A DNA stretch of 64,000 nt from Camelus ferus. Taxonomy: Eukaryota. Below are positions 52,062-64,000 of this stretch, piece by piece; position 1 is the first letter of the stretch, and each line of letters opens with the position of its first letter. The stretch covers positions 23,252,001 to 23,316,000 of the forward strand of contig NC_045697.1 in assembly GCF_009834535.1 (NCBI RefSeq). The letters run 5' to 3'. The notes under the pieces were generated by a model. It did no database searches. It was not told the origin of the DNA and was given only the letters and a program-made list of their open reading frames with translations. The position numbers and the translations under genes are program-made.

Positions 52062-55000
52062 ATTGATAATGCTCTACTTCATAAACTGTGGTTTATTCAC
52101 AGGTGTTTCTTTTGCCATTATGCTTTATAACTTTCAAAGATAATTATTTGTATAAATATTTCATTTCCCAATCCCCAAATCCTCTCATGGTCTTTATAAT
52201 TGCTGTTTGAAATCATTTAAGATATTTTACTGATATACAGCTTGTATTTTGCATTATAATGAATATTAAATATTAAAATAGTAAACTTCCACATTGATCA
52301 TAAAATCACAAAAGCACAAAATACTTTTAACGCATGAATCTCTTCTTTGTCATCACTGAACACACTGTCACTCAGTCTCTCAGTGTTCATATCTGTAAGT
52401 GGAATGTCATTATCACAAGAAGCCATCTGTTCAAAGTTGGACAGCATGAGTTGTTAGGCAAGTCCTGTGGCATATGTACCAGAACCTCCTTGTCTGTCAG
52501 ATTATACATGCATTTTATTCAAAACTTATTCTAGTTTTGCTCTCTAAAGTCACACAGAACAAATATATTTTCAAAATAACAGAAATACAAATATTTCATT
52601 TTATCATCATATATGAACAATTAGAAAAATGTTAACAATTGGATTCCCCTCTCATCACAGAATGTTATGTGATTGGTGTTCATTCCTCAAATTTACTACC
52701 CCTAGACTCAACCTAATATTCCAGAGATGAAACAAATTATTCCAAAAAATTGTTTCTTACAACATTTCAAAAGTTATCAACTTTTGATAGGAGGACATTT
52801 CCATTCATCTTTAACTAGATAAATGATAGAAAGATAGATAAAAAATAGATAGAACTGTAAAAACTCCAATTATCAACTATGCTGTACCAGAAACTGAGTA
52901 AAATAATGATTACAGAATTTTAAATGTGTTAAGTTTTATTTTGAGGGTTGTATTCAGAACTTTTAAACTATTAAAATGGTCTTGAATGTTAAAATTACAA
53001 TTTAATATTACCTTCTCTTTAGCCTAATTCATGTATACATTTAGAAAATATGCTTTTTGCTCATCTTAGTGTCTTTAAAAATAATTTGAATATTTCATAG
53101 CAAAGGAAAGACTCACATTGTATTTAACTACAGTGTGATAGAAAAGCTAATGTTTTCAGTGTGGGCGCTCGGGAACGGCAGAGGTACATGACAGATGTAA
53201 CCGGCATTCAGTACACGTTATTTTTCTTATTTCACCCAACCACTGATAAAAATCAGCCAGAGGGACACATTTTGGCAGATTGATATTTGGGGTCAAAATG
53301 ACCAAATGACGTTTAGAATATGAAGATAGGAATTCCTACCAGTGTATTTAAATTTATATTCAGACTGTAACTTCTCTTTTTATGACCACAGCTTTTCTAA
53401 GGCCTGGTTTTACATTCATTTTAAAATAACTCTGAAATACGGAACAAGTTAAAATTGTATTTTAATTAAGATCATGAGTCACATGACTTTTTTCTTTCCA
53501 CTATAAATATATTCTTATATTTGGTTGTTTTATGCAATGTGATTATAATTGAATAGTAAATTAAAATAAAAATTAATGTGGAATTGAACATGTTATATAC
53601 AATTGTATATGAAATACATGACATGAATTATATGTTACATAGAAATAAGTATCTCTGGAATTGCTTCACCTATAATAAACCAGATATTTAAACATGTGAA
53701 CAGACTAGTCTAGATCAATATTGAAGTTTGACTTTTTCTATCACAAAAGTAAATCTCTCCCATTCTAGGCCAAGGAAATGGCTATCATATATTAACATAT
53801 GATTGTTAAGTTTATAGTGATAAAATTTCTTCCTAATAATAATTACCCTTTCAAGAATTTAATCATCTACATTAAGTCTGTTGGGTTAAATATAAGTAAG
53901 TTTCACAAAAACTTAGTAGTAAAATTCATCTTTGTGTAGGATACTGGCATTCAGAGTTACAGTCTTCAGATACTGATCTATCAGTAACCAGTAGGATTGT
54001 GGATTGCCAAATTGTTCTGTTCCTCAGTATACTCACCCGTTTAAAAAAACCGTGGTTAACTAAGCACCCTTTATGATTAATTGTGGCTCTAAATCTCTTC
54101 AACTTTATTTAAATACCTTGAGTGTCTCAATACTCAGAGTAAAACTTCATTTGTTTTACTATTTTTACATATGTCACTTTGGCTATAAATAAGACTGTCA
54201 ACATTTGAGTTTACCAAGTTCTTAAAACACATAGCAAAGAATTAGAACTCCATTCTTTCCATAAACATAAGAGTAAATATAGTATGCAAAATTAATGAAA
54301 ATACATATTTATAAATTGTTTGCAGTAATTTTATAGGTTAAGCTACATTGTGGATTTACGGGAAGATTATTTCAGGAAAACATTCATTTATATGAAGAAT
54401 AAAATTCATAACAGTTAAATTAAGTGCATCCACTGAAAAATTTTTAAAGGTTTTTTTTTTTAATGTAGTAACTAGACTATTGCCTAATCTCTATAAAATA
54501 TATTTGTAAATAAATCATGACTGTTTGCATATTCACTAATACTTTTAAAACGAATTTTAGGAGCTTTGTACTTTGTACTCACATGTCTTCTTAAGATGAC
54601 TTTATTAAAATTAGGCTTATAAAATATAGCTAATTATCATCATTTCCATCATTGGACAGCGCACAATTGTTATCATTAGTTTTACATGTGAACAGTTTGT
54701 CCAAGATATCATCTCTTTGCTTTGTCATCCAATCCACTAGGTTTGGCAAAATGCATTTCGTGGGAAAACAAGAAGATAGCTCAGTGATTGCCTTGCAACA
54801 GCATTGTTACTTCACAGTTGAGTAACCTCAGACTCTGCTTTTTGTGTTTCAGGTGGGTATGAAGGGAGCTTAACTTGATCACATCTTTGAGTTAAGATTT
54901 TTATATTTTTCTAGAGCTAAGGTTTTCTTAGCAGGGCTCTAAGCTGTCATGGAGTAAGTATATTCTTATCTTGCTGTCCTTTGAAGCATGACATCATGAC

Positions 55001-55864
55001 TAAAGATGAGAAGCATATACTGGATTGCAGACACCTGAGCTGAATTTTGATGGGCTTTCTGTACATTTTGTAATCCCTGGGGACAGAAAATCACGCCCCC
55101 TGATTCACCAAAGCACCAGTTGATGCTTTAAAGAGAACGAAGAATTTCCTAAAAGACAAATGCTAAAAGTATATAATGAGTTACTTAGATGAATGACTTT
55201 AGTCTTGATAAAAATTACCTAATTGCAATATTAGATGCATTCTTTGCTACAGTAAAGTTTATAAACTCCAAATGTTCATTTAGACTAAAAAAAGTCACCT
55301 TTTAGGTAATAATTATACAAGTAAGCATAAATATTTACATTGTGTCTTGCAGTTTAAAAATGTCACTCATCACATGAGTTTCTTTTTAATTAATTGTGTT
55401 ATAAAAAGTTAATAAAAAGTGATTTTCTAGTTAAATAATTTATATCCTGGTTCCTATTAGTCATATTTTTATTTCTGTGCAGCTGTACTATTTCAGAGAA
55501 CATATAAATGGACTTAATGGTTGGCATTTTTAAGAAAAATTTTTGTCATTTTAAAAATGTTGATTTTTATTTAGAGTGTTTCAACCTATGTTAACAGTAA
55601 TAAATTCTGAATTATATAATATGCCTTTTAAGCATGACAGGAGCTATCATGATAATTTATTGCTGACATAATAACCTAATACAATAATAAGCTCTCTGAT
55701 TGTAAAATACCCTCAAATTGCTGGCATCAAACTTTTCCTGCTCTACATCCTGCAAAATCTTAGAATAAATTAGTTGATTTGAATACTTTTTGTCTTTGTC
55801 TTCCAAGTTCTTTTATTAGAATGTTGAGGGAAAGAAAATCAATTAATACAGGGTTGACAGCCTT

Positions 55865-56280
55865 TATTCAAACATTACTCATACAAAATGCTTTTTTTTG
55901 TTTGTTTGCTTTGAGTGCCTACTATTTACTAGACTCTACTATACGTTGGAAATAAAATATCAAGGAAATGAAAAGCAGAAACTGAACTCTTAACTTGCAA
56001 TTCAGTATAGGAGGAAGGCATTAAACAATTAAATGCATAAATGAATCATCTCAACCTCGGCAAATGCTACAAAGTACATGCTGATGTGAGTACTTATAAT
56101 GGGAAATGTAATTTAATTTAGGGGTTAGATAACAACTTCCTGAGGAAATAACAACCTGGCTGAGTTCTGAAGGATAAGCAGTAATTTTATAAGAGATGAG
56201 GCCGGGGAAAGAAGGGAAGGAGGAACTCTCTGTTGCCTGTGCAAAGTTCAAAAGAAGCATGGCATGTTTTAAAAGCATAA
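55865..56280 (-). mobile_element. L2 LINE 3' fragment
   Basis: ttgagtgcctactat ... cttcctgaggaaataac ... gctgagttctgaaggataagcag ... agcatggcatgttt. Confidence 0.75.
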
Positions 56281-56334
56281 TCAACTTAAACATGAAACCG
56301 AGGATGTTTTTTGAAAGCAGGTTGTCACACTATA

Positions 56335-56510
56335 TAATAATTTATTCAGTTAAAATTGTTTATCCCTTATTTATATTTCCACTTTACAGATGAGTTAACT
56401 AAGACCCTAAATTATGTAAATTCACCAAAGCAAATACATAATGTACAGCAAAGCAGGGATTTGAAACCAGTTAGACTGACTCCAAAGTTTCTATGCTTCC
56501 CAATATTGTA
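56335..56510 (-). mobile_element. MIR SINE
   Basis: ccactttacagatgagttaactaagac ... gcagggatttgaaaccagttagactgactccaaag. Confidence 0.8.
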
Positions 56511-56614
56511 TCCAGCATCTTATATGAAAAAAAAAAAAAGACTCTATAAGAAATTGGGATAGAATAGATCAATTTCTTAGATAATTGAGGGATGCATGAC
56601 TTTGGTAGTTAAGA

Positions 56615-56800
56615 TCAGCAATGTTGCCTAGATGTGCCATACTGAAGCCTGAGACAAAAGGAAAAATACCAATCCTACTTTCCTTATGGTGGATTTTTTA
56701 TACTAATTTAAAAAAATGCACTAAAATATTATCTCGATGATGAGTTTTTGGTGCCTCTTTACATGTTGTGCCCAAGGCTACTACCCCAATCACCTCCTCT
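56615..56800 (-). mobile_element. hAT-Tip100 MITE (MER96B-like)
   Basis: gccatactgaagcctgagacaaaaggaaaaat ... aaaatattatctcgatgatgagtttttggtgcctc ... tgtgcccaagg. Confidence 0.55.
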
Positions 56801-58823
56801 TGTTCTACACGTGTAGGAGGGGAAAAGGAGCAGGGGTTAGAGCATATATGCAAAGGCATGGTGATGAACCAGTATCGAAATGGCTGAAGAGGAAAATAAG
56901 CACATAAAAGGAATGATGAAGAAGGAACGACAGACAGTCAAAGCTAGAGATCCTGGGGATGTGAAATACATTTCTGAAGACGAAGTGGAAAGAGCCCTAG
57001 AAGGTCAGGGAGTGTTGGTCAGAGTTTGAATTCCTTGGAATTGAGGTTTCGGAGAAGGCGAAGTTATTATTGGCCATAATAAAGAAAATGACTGAACAAA
57101 AATTAACACGATGCCAATTAAAATAGAGAATCTCTTACAGACGTTGCTACAATTGTACTTAAGGCTAATTAGCTCCCCAGTAAGTTTTATTGATATATAT
57201 ATATAAGTTTTAAAAGAGTTTATTTGTATGATATAAAATATTTTGAGATGACTTAAGTACTATATGATATAGGATCATATTGCTTGTCAACTGGCCAAAA
57301 TATTTTTGATGCATTTGATGCCAAAACTGAATAAAGTGGATGAAATAAGAGCCAGAAAACAGAGCCTGCACTCAGCTTCTGTATTTATTTTGAACCAGAA
57401 CTCATATTCACATAATGAATTTCTATAAATCATGATTTTTCAAACCTTAAAATATAATTACAAGTGATAATTTATAATTATTGTCTCTGGCTTTTCCTAG
57501 AGTCCTTAACAGCTTCTATGATAAATGATGGTTATGTGCAATATGGTATGTTAACAACTGAATTAGAACATCCTGACCATATGTCTATCACTGCAGGCAA
57601 AGTCCAGAAGGATGATGTGAAGATAAAAACATAGGATAAGTTCCCCTCCTAATTACGTGAAACTAGAAACTGATGGTTGACAGATAATAAATGAGATGTA
57701 AAATTATTGCTTCAAATGTTTGGATATTAATAAATGGGGACATTTATGAAAATATATGCAATGCCCAGGAGTTAGGGCAGAGTTTCCACTCAGAGAAATA
57801 TATATACTTAACTAAATTCTTCTTAATATGAGATCAAAAGCAGAATTTATTAATTTAAACACAAGAACTTCAAACCATAAATCTCAGTGAGGTTACACCT
57901 TTTTAAAGCTGCAAATTGAAGTTAACAGGTCAAAATCAATTAGGTTTGCTAATCTGTTCACAAAGGTGTAAATTCTTAATCATAATTTATTACAAGGCTG
58001 ACAATGTAATTTAACAGCAGTACTTAAATCCTGATCAGACAATTCAACTTTCCAACTCAGGTTCATTTTTTTCCTTGAAGGAAATAAAAAGACTATTTTA
58101 ATGTTAGCATCATAAGCCAACTGTAATATTATACATATACAATACATACAAGGTGTTGCACATAAATATATCATTTATGGGTTAGAAATGATATTACTCA
58201 GTACTAGGATTTTGGACATATTTTATGAGGGTTGGCATTTGACATTTATATTATTGGCACATTCTTTTATGTTGGAATGGATCAGGTGGTAACTTTTCTT
58301 AAAATTCCTATGTTGAAGTCATCTCAAGAATGTTCTCAATTTTCTATTATAAGGACTACTTCAGAGCAGTGTAGTTCCTTTTGAAATGAAGTCAGTTCTA
58401 CTCTCACCACTGCCACTGGTGACAAGAGATTCCATTTGTTTCAAATTGTTCAGCAAAATTGGTCCCCTTAGATATCTTGCAAATTTTGCCGTGCCCAGTG
58501 CCTTCAGAGAGTGACATGTGGAATATCTGTGGTAGTTGAGTCTGGAGATTAAACTTTTAATTTTTGCTTCAACTGAATGGATGTCTATTGGGAAGCCAAA
58601 ACAAGACATTTGGAGCGGATATTGATAGATACTACAGAGAGTTCAAATCTCCTTTTGCTCTGGAGACTCAGTTCTGTCTTGGCTTACGTAAGAGCACATA
58701 CCCCTCCATGATGAGAATAAGCTCATGGAAAGTTAACTGTATTACATTTCTGAGAGCTTAATTTTAAAAGAAATACCTCACACTAGAATTTGGTTTCATG
58801 TGCTTTGTGTGTTATTTGGAGTA

Positions 58824-61206
58824 CAGGCCTACCTGAGAAATAGTGTGAGTTGGATTCCAGACCACTGCAATAAACAAAATATCACAGTAAAGCCAGTCAC
58901 ACAAATTTTTTGGTTTCCCAGTGCATATAAAACTTATGTTTACACTTTAGTCTATTAATTGTTCAATAGCATTATATCTATAAAATAATATACATACCTT
59001 AATTTTAAAATAATACTTTATTGCTAAAAAATGCTAAATGTCATCTGAACCTTCTTTGAGTCCTAATCTTTTTGCTGGTGGAGAGTTTTGGTTTAATGTT
59101 CTGGCTGCTGACTGATCAGGCGGTGGTTGCTGAAGGTCTGAGTGGCTACGGCAAGACAACAGTGAAGTCTGCTGCATCCACTGACTCTTCCTTTCATGAG
59201 CTATTTCTATGTGGCCTGTAATGCTCTTTAACAGCATTTCACCCACAAAAGAAATTCTTTCAAAACTGGAGTCAATTTTCTCAAACCCCGCTACTGCTTT
59301 ATCAACTAAGTTTAGGTAATATTCTAAACTCTTTGCTATCATTTCAACAGTCTTCACAGTGTCTTCACCAGGAGTAAATTCCATCGCAAGAAACCACTTA
59401 GTTTGCTCATCCATAAGAAGCAAATTCTCATTTGTTAAAGTGTTATTATGAGACTGCAGCAATTCTGTCACATCTTCAGGCTCCACTTCCAAATCTAGTT
59501 CTCTTGTTGTTTTCACCTTGTCTGCAGTTCCTTCCGCCACTGGAGTCTTGAGCTCTTCAAAGTTTTTCACAAGGTTTGGAATCAGTTTCTTCCTAATTCC
59601 TGTTCATGTTGACCTCCTCTCATGAATCAAGAATGTTCTTAATGGCATGTTCTGGAATGGTGAATCCTTTCCAGAAGGTTTTCAATTTAATTTGCCTAGA
59701 TCCATCAGAAGAATTACCAACTATGCCAGCTATAGCCTTAGGAAATGTAATTCTTAAATAGTAAGATTTGAAAGTCGAAATGACTCCTTGATCCCTGGGC
59801 TGCAGAATAGATGTTGTGTTAGCAGACATGAAAACATTAATCTCATTGTGTATCTGCTTTGGAGCTCTTGGGTGACAGATGCATTGTCAATGAAAAGTAA
59901 TATTCTGAAAGAAAACTTCTCTTTTTCCTGAGAAGTAGGTCTCAATAGTGGACTTTAAATATTAAATAAATCATGTTGTCAATACCTGTCCTGTCACACA
60001 GGCTTTGTTGTTCCTTTGATAGGACATACGCAGAGTAGATTTAGCATGATTCCTAAGGGCCCTAGGGATTTCAGAATGGTAAATGAACATTGGCTTCAAC
60101 TTAAAGTCACCAGCTACATTAACCCTTAACAAAAAAGTCAGCCTGTCCTTTGAAGCCAGGTATTGACTTCTCCTCTCTAGCTATGGAAATCCTAAATGTC
60201 ATGTTCTTCCAATATAAGACTGCTTTATCTATGTTGAAAGTCAGTTATTTACCGTGGCCACCTCCATTCATTATCTCAGCTAGATCATCTGGGTAACTTG
60301 CTGCAGCTTCTACATTGCTGCTTCATCTTGCACTTTCATATTATACAGACACATTCTTTCCTTAAATTTCGTGAACCAACCTGATAGCTAGCTTCCAATT
60401 TTTCATCTGCAGTGTCCTCACCTCTCTCATCCTTCATAGAACTGAAGTGAATTAGGGCTTTGCCCTGGACTAGGCTTTGGCTTAAGGGAATGTTGTGGCT
60501 GGTTTGATCTTCTATCCAGACCACTAAAACTTTCTCCATATCAGCAATAAGACTGTTTCACTCTCTTATCATTCATTTGTTCAAAAGAGTAGCACTTTTC
60601 CTTCAAGAACTTTTCTTTTGCAGTTTGCATTTACAACTTGGCTAACTGTCTGGCACAAGAGACCCAGCTTTTGGCCTATCTTGGATTTCAACACCCCTTC
60701 CTCACTAAGCTTAATCATTTCTAGCTCTTGATTTAAAGTGAGAGATGTGCAAGTCTTCTTTCAAATTGCACACTTAGCAGCCATTGCAGGGTTATTAATT
60801 GGCCTAATTTTAATATTGTTGTGTCTTAGGGAATAAGGGACACACAAGGAGATGAAGAGAGATGGGGAAAGACAGGTCGGTAGAGCAAGTCAGAAATCAC
60901 AAAACATATACCAATAAATTTGCCATCTTACATTGGCATGATTCATGGAGTCCCAAAACAATCATAATAGTAACATCAAAGATCACTGATCACAAACCAT
61001 CATAACAAATATAATAATAATGAAATAGTTTGAAGTATTGTGACAATTGCCAAATGTAACACAGACACACAAAATGAGCAAATATTGTTGGAAAAATGGG
61101 GCCGATTGGCTTGCTTTATGCAGGCCACCAACATTCAATTTGCAAAAAAACCCCAAATATTTGCAAAGTGCAATAAAACAAAGCTCAATAAAATGAAATA
61201 TGCTTG
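58824..61206 (-). mobile_element. Near full-length Tigger1 DNA transposon
   Basis: TIRs caggcctacctgag (58824) and aaatatgcttg (61206), each flanked by TA; about 2.38 kb; transposase fragments appear in the ORF track. Confidence 0.96.
59034..60784 (-). pseudogene. Disrupted Tigger1 pogo-family transposase (CENP-B-type HTH + DDE)
   Basis: ORF pieces [61 protein letters not shown] and EVEPEDVTELLQSH lie in different frames; start ATG near 60784. Confidence 0.93.
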
Positions 61207-61712
61207 TATATTGTTGTGTCTCTTGATTTTGAAAATTTGTACTCAGAACTACATCAAAATAATACAAGAAAATTGCATCATTTTTATATTAGTATTTATT
61301 GGACATCTACTTTTGATGATGGATTTCTAGATATTGGTTGATATAGCAATGAATGAGATAAACACAATACCTGCTTTATAAAAAGTCCACCTAATTGATT
61401 ACACAAATAGTCACATATCTCAGAAATGTATTTTATAGAGTTATAAAGATAAAACAATCTAAATCATTTATTATTCAGTGAAGAAAACTGCAGTCCAGAG
61501 AGTTTGAATGGCTTGTCAATATTAATAAGCTAATTACTAACAGATTGATCTGAGACTCAAGTCTTCTAATTGTGTCCAACGTGGCATAATTGTATCCATG
61601 TTTTAAATTTCCAATTATTATTCACTCCTCCTACAACTGCTGAGGATAAAGGACTATTGTAAGATTTTTTTCTTTACTTTGAAGGTTTTTTGTCTAAAAA
61701 TACTATGTGTTT

Positions 61713-61810
61713 TATATATATTTTATGTAATATATATAAATGAATCATTTTGCTGTGTACCCGAAACTAATATTGTAAATCAACTACATTTCAATAAAAA
61801 AAATAAGAAT
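61713..61810 (+). mobile_element. Extremely 5'-truncated young L1 3' terminus
   Basis: gaatcattttgctgtgtacccgaaactaatattgtaaatcaactacatttcaataaaaaaaa; perfect direct repeat taaaaatactatgtgttt at 61695-61712 and 61811-61828. Confidence 0.88.
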
Positions 61811-61827
61811 TAAAAATACTATGTGTT

Positions 61828-61867
61828 TGTGTGTGTGTGTATGTGTGTATATGCAGAGAGAGAGAGA
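61828..61867. repeat. Compound (TG)n/(AG)n microsatellite
   Basis: tgtgtgtgtgtgtatgtgtgtatatgcagagagagagaga. Confidence 0.85.
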
Positions 61868-62379
61868 TCTTAAGAAGATGGCCTAGTAATTTTCAAAGAA
61901 AAAGTCACTGCTTATATTAACCTAACGCTAATTAGAAATAAGAATTTTCAGGAAAAAGCAGAGTTTGTGGAAAATCTGTCCTGAAGTATTAATTTTTAGT
62001 ACTCATTTTGTAGAGCTGAGATGACAGAGGTTCACAATGTCAAAGACGCATTATTCAGACATCAGTTTTCTAATAGATGTCTGAGTAGAAAATGTTTTAG
62101 TTAATCTGATTGATTTTCAAGCTATTTTGAAATCATCAGTGGACCCTAGAAAGCCTTCTAAAGAGGATTTACTTTCAACAACCCCTCAGGTTAAAATGGT
62201 TAACAGCTAGATTAAGTGCTGTACCTTCAGTGACCTGAAAGGCAAAGGGAAAGAGCACAAATGAATAATTTGTAGCAATGTTGTACTTTATTCCCATTAA
62301 ATACAGACAGAAAAAAAAAAAATGAAGAGAAACTTGGTTACTAAATAGTAGAATTTTAGAACTGAAATGATCTTAGATA

Positions 62380-62560
62380 AAATTGGGACACTTCCTATGT
62401 GTCAAGCATTTTGCTAAATATTTCATAGTCACTATTTAATTGTAATGCTCACAATGCATGATAAGTAATAATATTTTCATTTGACTAATGTAGAAATGAG
62501 AGGAGTATCCTAATTTTGCTTTCTTTTTCAACTAAGATAGCCGAAATTCAGAAAGAGATT
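62380..62560 (-). mobile_element. MIR SINE fragment
   Basis: cctatgtgtcaagcattttgctaaatatttc ... taatgctcacaatgcatgataagt ... gtagaaatgag. Confidence 0.55.
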
Positions 62561-62690
62561 TGACATCCTTAGCAGGGCTTAGCAGTCCAGTGAATTAGAA
62601 CCTCTGACTCTGGTGATCTCTTACTCCTAGCTCAGAATGTAATTATCTCTATTAATACTGTATGTATGTGTATGACAACAGATGGGTACG

Positions 62691-62698
62691 TAGATAGG

Positions 62699-62747
<49 letters not shown>
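62691..62747. repeat. (GATA)n tetranucleotide microsatellite
   Basis: 11 perfect GATA units at 62701-62744 plus degenerate flanks. Confidence 0.97.
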
Positions 62748-64000
62748 GGATGTAGGTAAAATAGGTGTAAAATTATGTATCTTGAAAATATGAGTAGGAA
62801 ATTTGTAGAATTCTAATAATAATAAAGCTAAGTCTAATATATTGCATAAACATACTTTGAAGATATGCAATAGAAATATTAACATTTAATTTTTATGTCA
62901 ATGAAATCAGATTTATATAAATTTTCAATTAAGAAAGTCCAACTATGTATTCTCTTATTGCTTTTTTAAGTACAAATATGGTCACATCCTATTACATAAT
63001 GAACATTTTAAAAGGCTTGTAATTAAGTAATGATTCTGTTTGACTTGGTTTTTGTTTTTCATGCACATTTGAATTTTACTTCAGTGAAATATTACAATAA
63101 ATGCACACTTGTTTAAAAAGACAGGAAAGTATCCTATATGTATTTTCCATAAAAAAAAGTCTGCAAGTACAAAGGGAAAAAACTATTTTTGAATAATATT
63201 TGTATCTTGCCTTAAAAATCCTTTCCACATAAATAAAGATGAAATTGAAACAAGATAATTTAACTTTTAATTTCTGGCCATTGTAGTAATTCATATTCAG
63301 CTTGAAAAAATATAGTATGAAGAGAAAAAATAATCTGCAATTATTCATTCCATGATAATTACTGACATTTTTATTTTGCCTGTAAAAGTACATATGATTG
63401 TACGTGTTTGTGTATAAATACATAGTATATTTACTTCTAGGACACTGGTTTCACATATCAATATATGATAAAAGTCTCATGTATGAATAATTTTTTTCAG
63501 AAAAGCACAGGTAATAATGACTTCATCTTATGAAATAAAATTATAACTAAGCTCAGCTGAAACTTGAGAAATTTTACTTATTGGTCTTATCCTACACATA
63601 AAAGACAAATGTAGAATGTTAATCTTTGCCATTATCTGTTTTTACTAATATTTTATGTGAAAGCATATTTTCCTGATTTCTTTGGTTTTGGAGCTTGTAA
63701 TATGAAAAGTTAGCAGTTTATAATATCAAATTAAAATATTAATTATAATGTTAAATGTGAAATATGCCTGGGAAAATGCATGATTTTTAATTTCTGCCTC
63801 ATACATTTTTCCATCTTCCAAATTCTTTGTGGTCAATACACAGTACTTTTATAATTAGAGAAACTAAACATAATATTTAAGAAAATGGTAAAACTTAGCA
63901 GTATCAAAAACATAGGATGAATTATTTGAATTAAGTTTTTTAGAGAATAAAAGTTATTTTAAAACAAAATGATTTAGATAGAGCATTTAGAAGTTGTTTA

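Noticed and set aside
58361..58761. 82-aa and 65-aa ORFs next to Tigger1
   Set aside because: No recognisable homology and no convincing splice sites
1..64000. CRISPR arrays, operons or prokaryotic/phage defence systems
   Set aside because: The sequence is mammalian; there are no regularly spaced repeat-spacer arrays and no gene-dense ORFs

Overview
AT-rich mammalian genomic DNA, most likely from a camelid (alpaca/llama/camel), judged from a Vic-1-type tRNA-derived SINE at 33059-33257. I find no convincing protein-coding exon, RNA gene or CpG-island promoter, so this looks like a very large intron or a gene desert. Recognisable content is mostly decayed transposable elements: a near full-length Tigger1 with TIRs and TA duplications (58824-61206); an L1MB-type LINE whose 5'UTR is joined directly to mid-ORF2 (about 40150-43950); two clear and one probable ERV-L internal remnant, one keeping RNase H-integrase-dUTPase; MLT1 and LTR16 LTRs; MER8, Tigger13a-like and hAT elements; many MIR, L2 and old L1 fragments; and microsatellites. 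Non-TE oddities are a perfect 93-bp tandem duplication, a few splice-signal or micro-exon candidates, a small CpG-enriched patch and a perfect hairpin. I see no evidence of a novel biological system. Family names come from remembered consensus sequences, not a database search, and boundaries of old elements are approximate.
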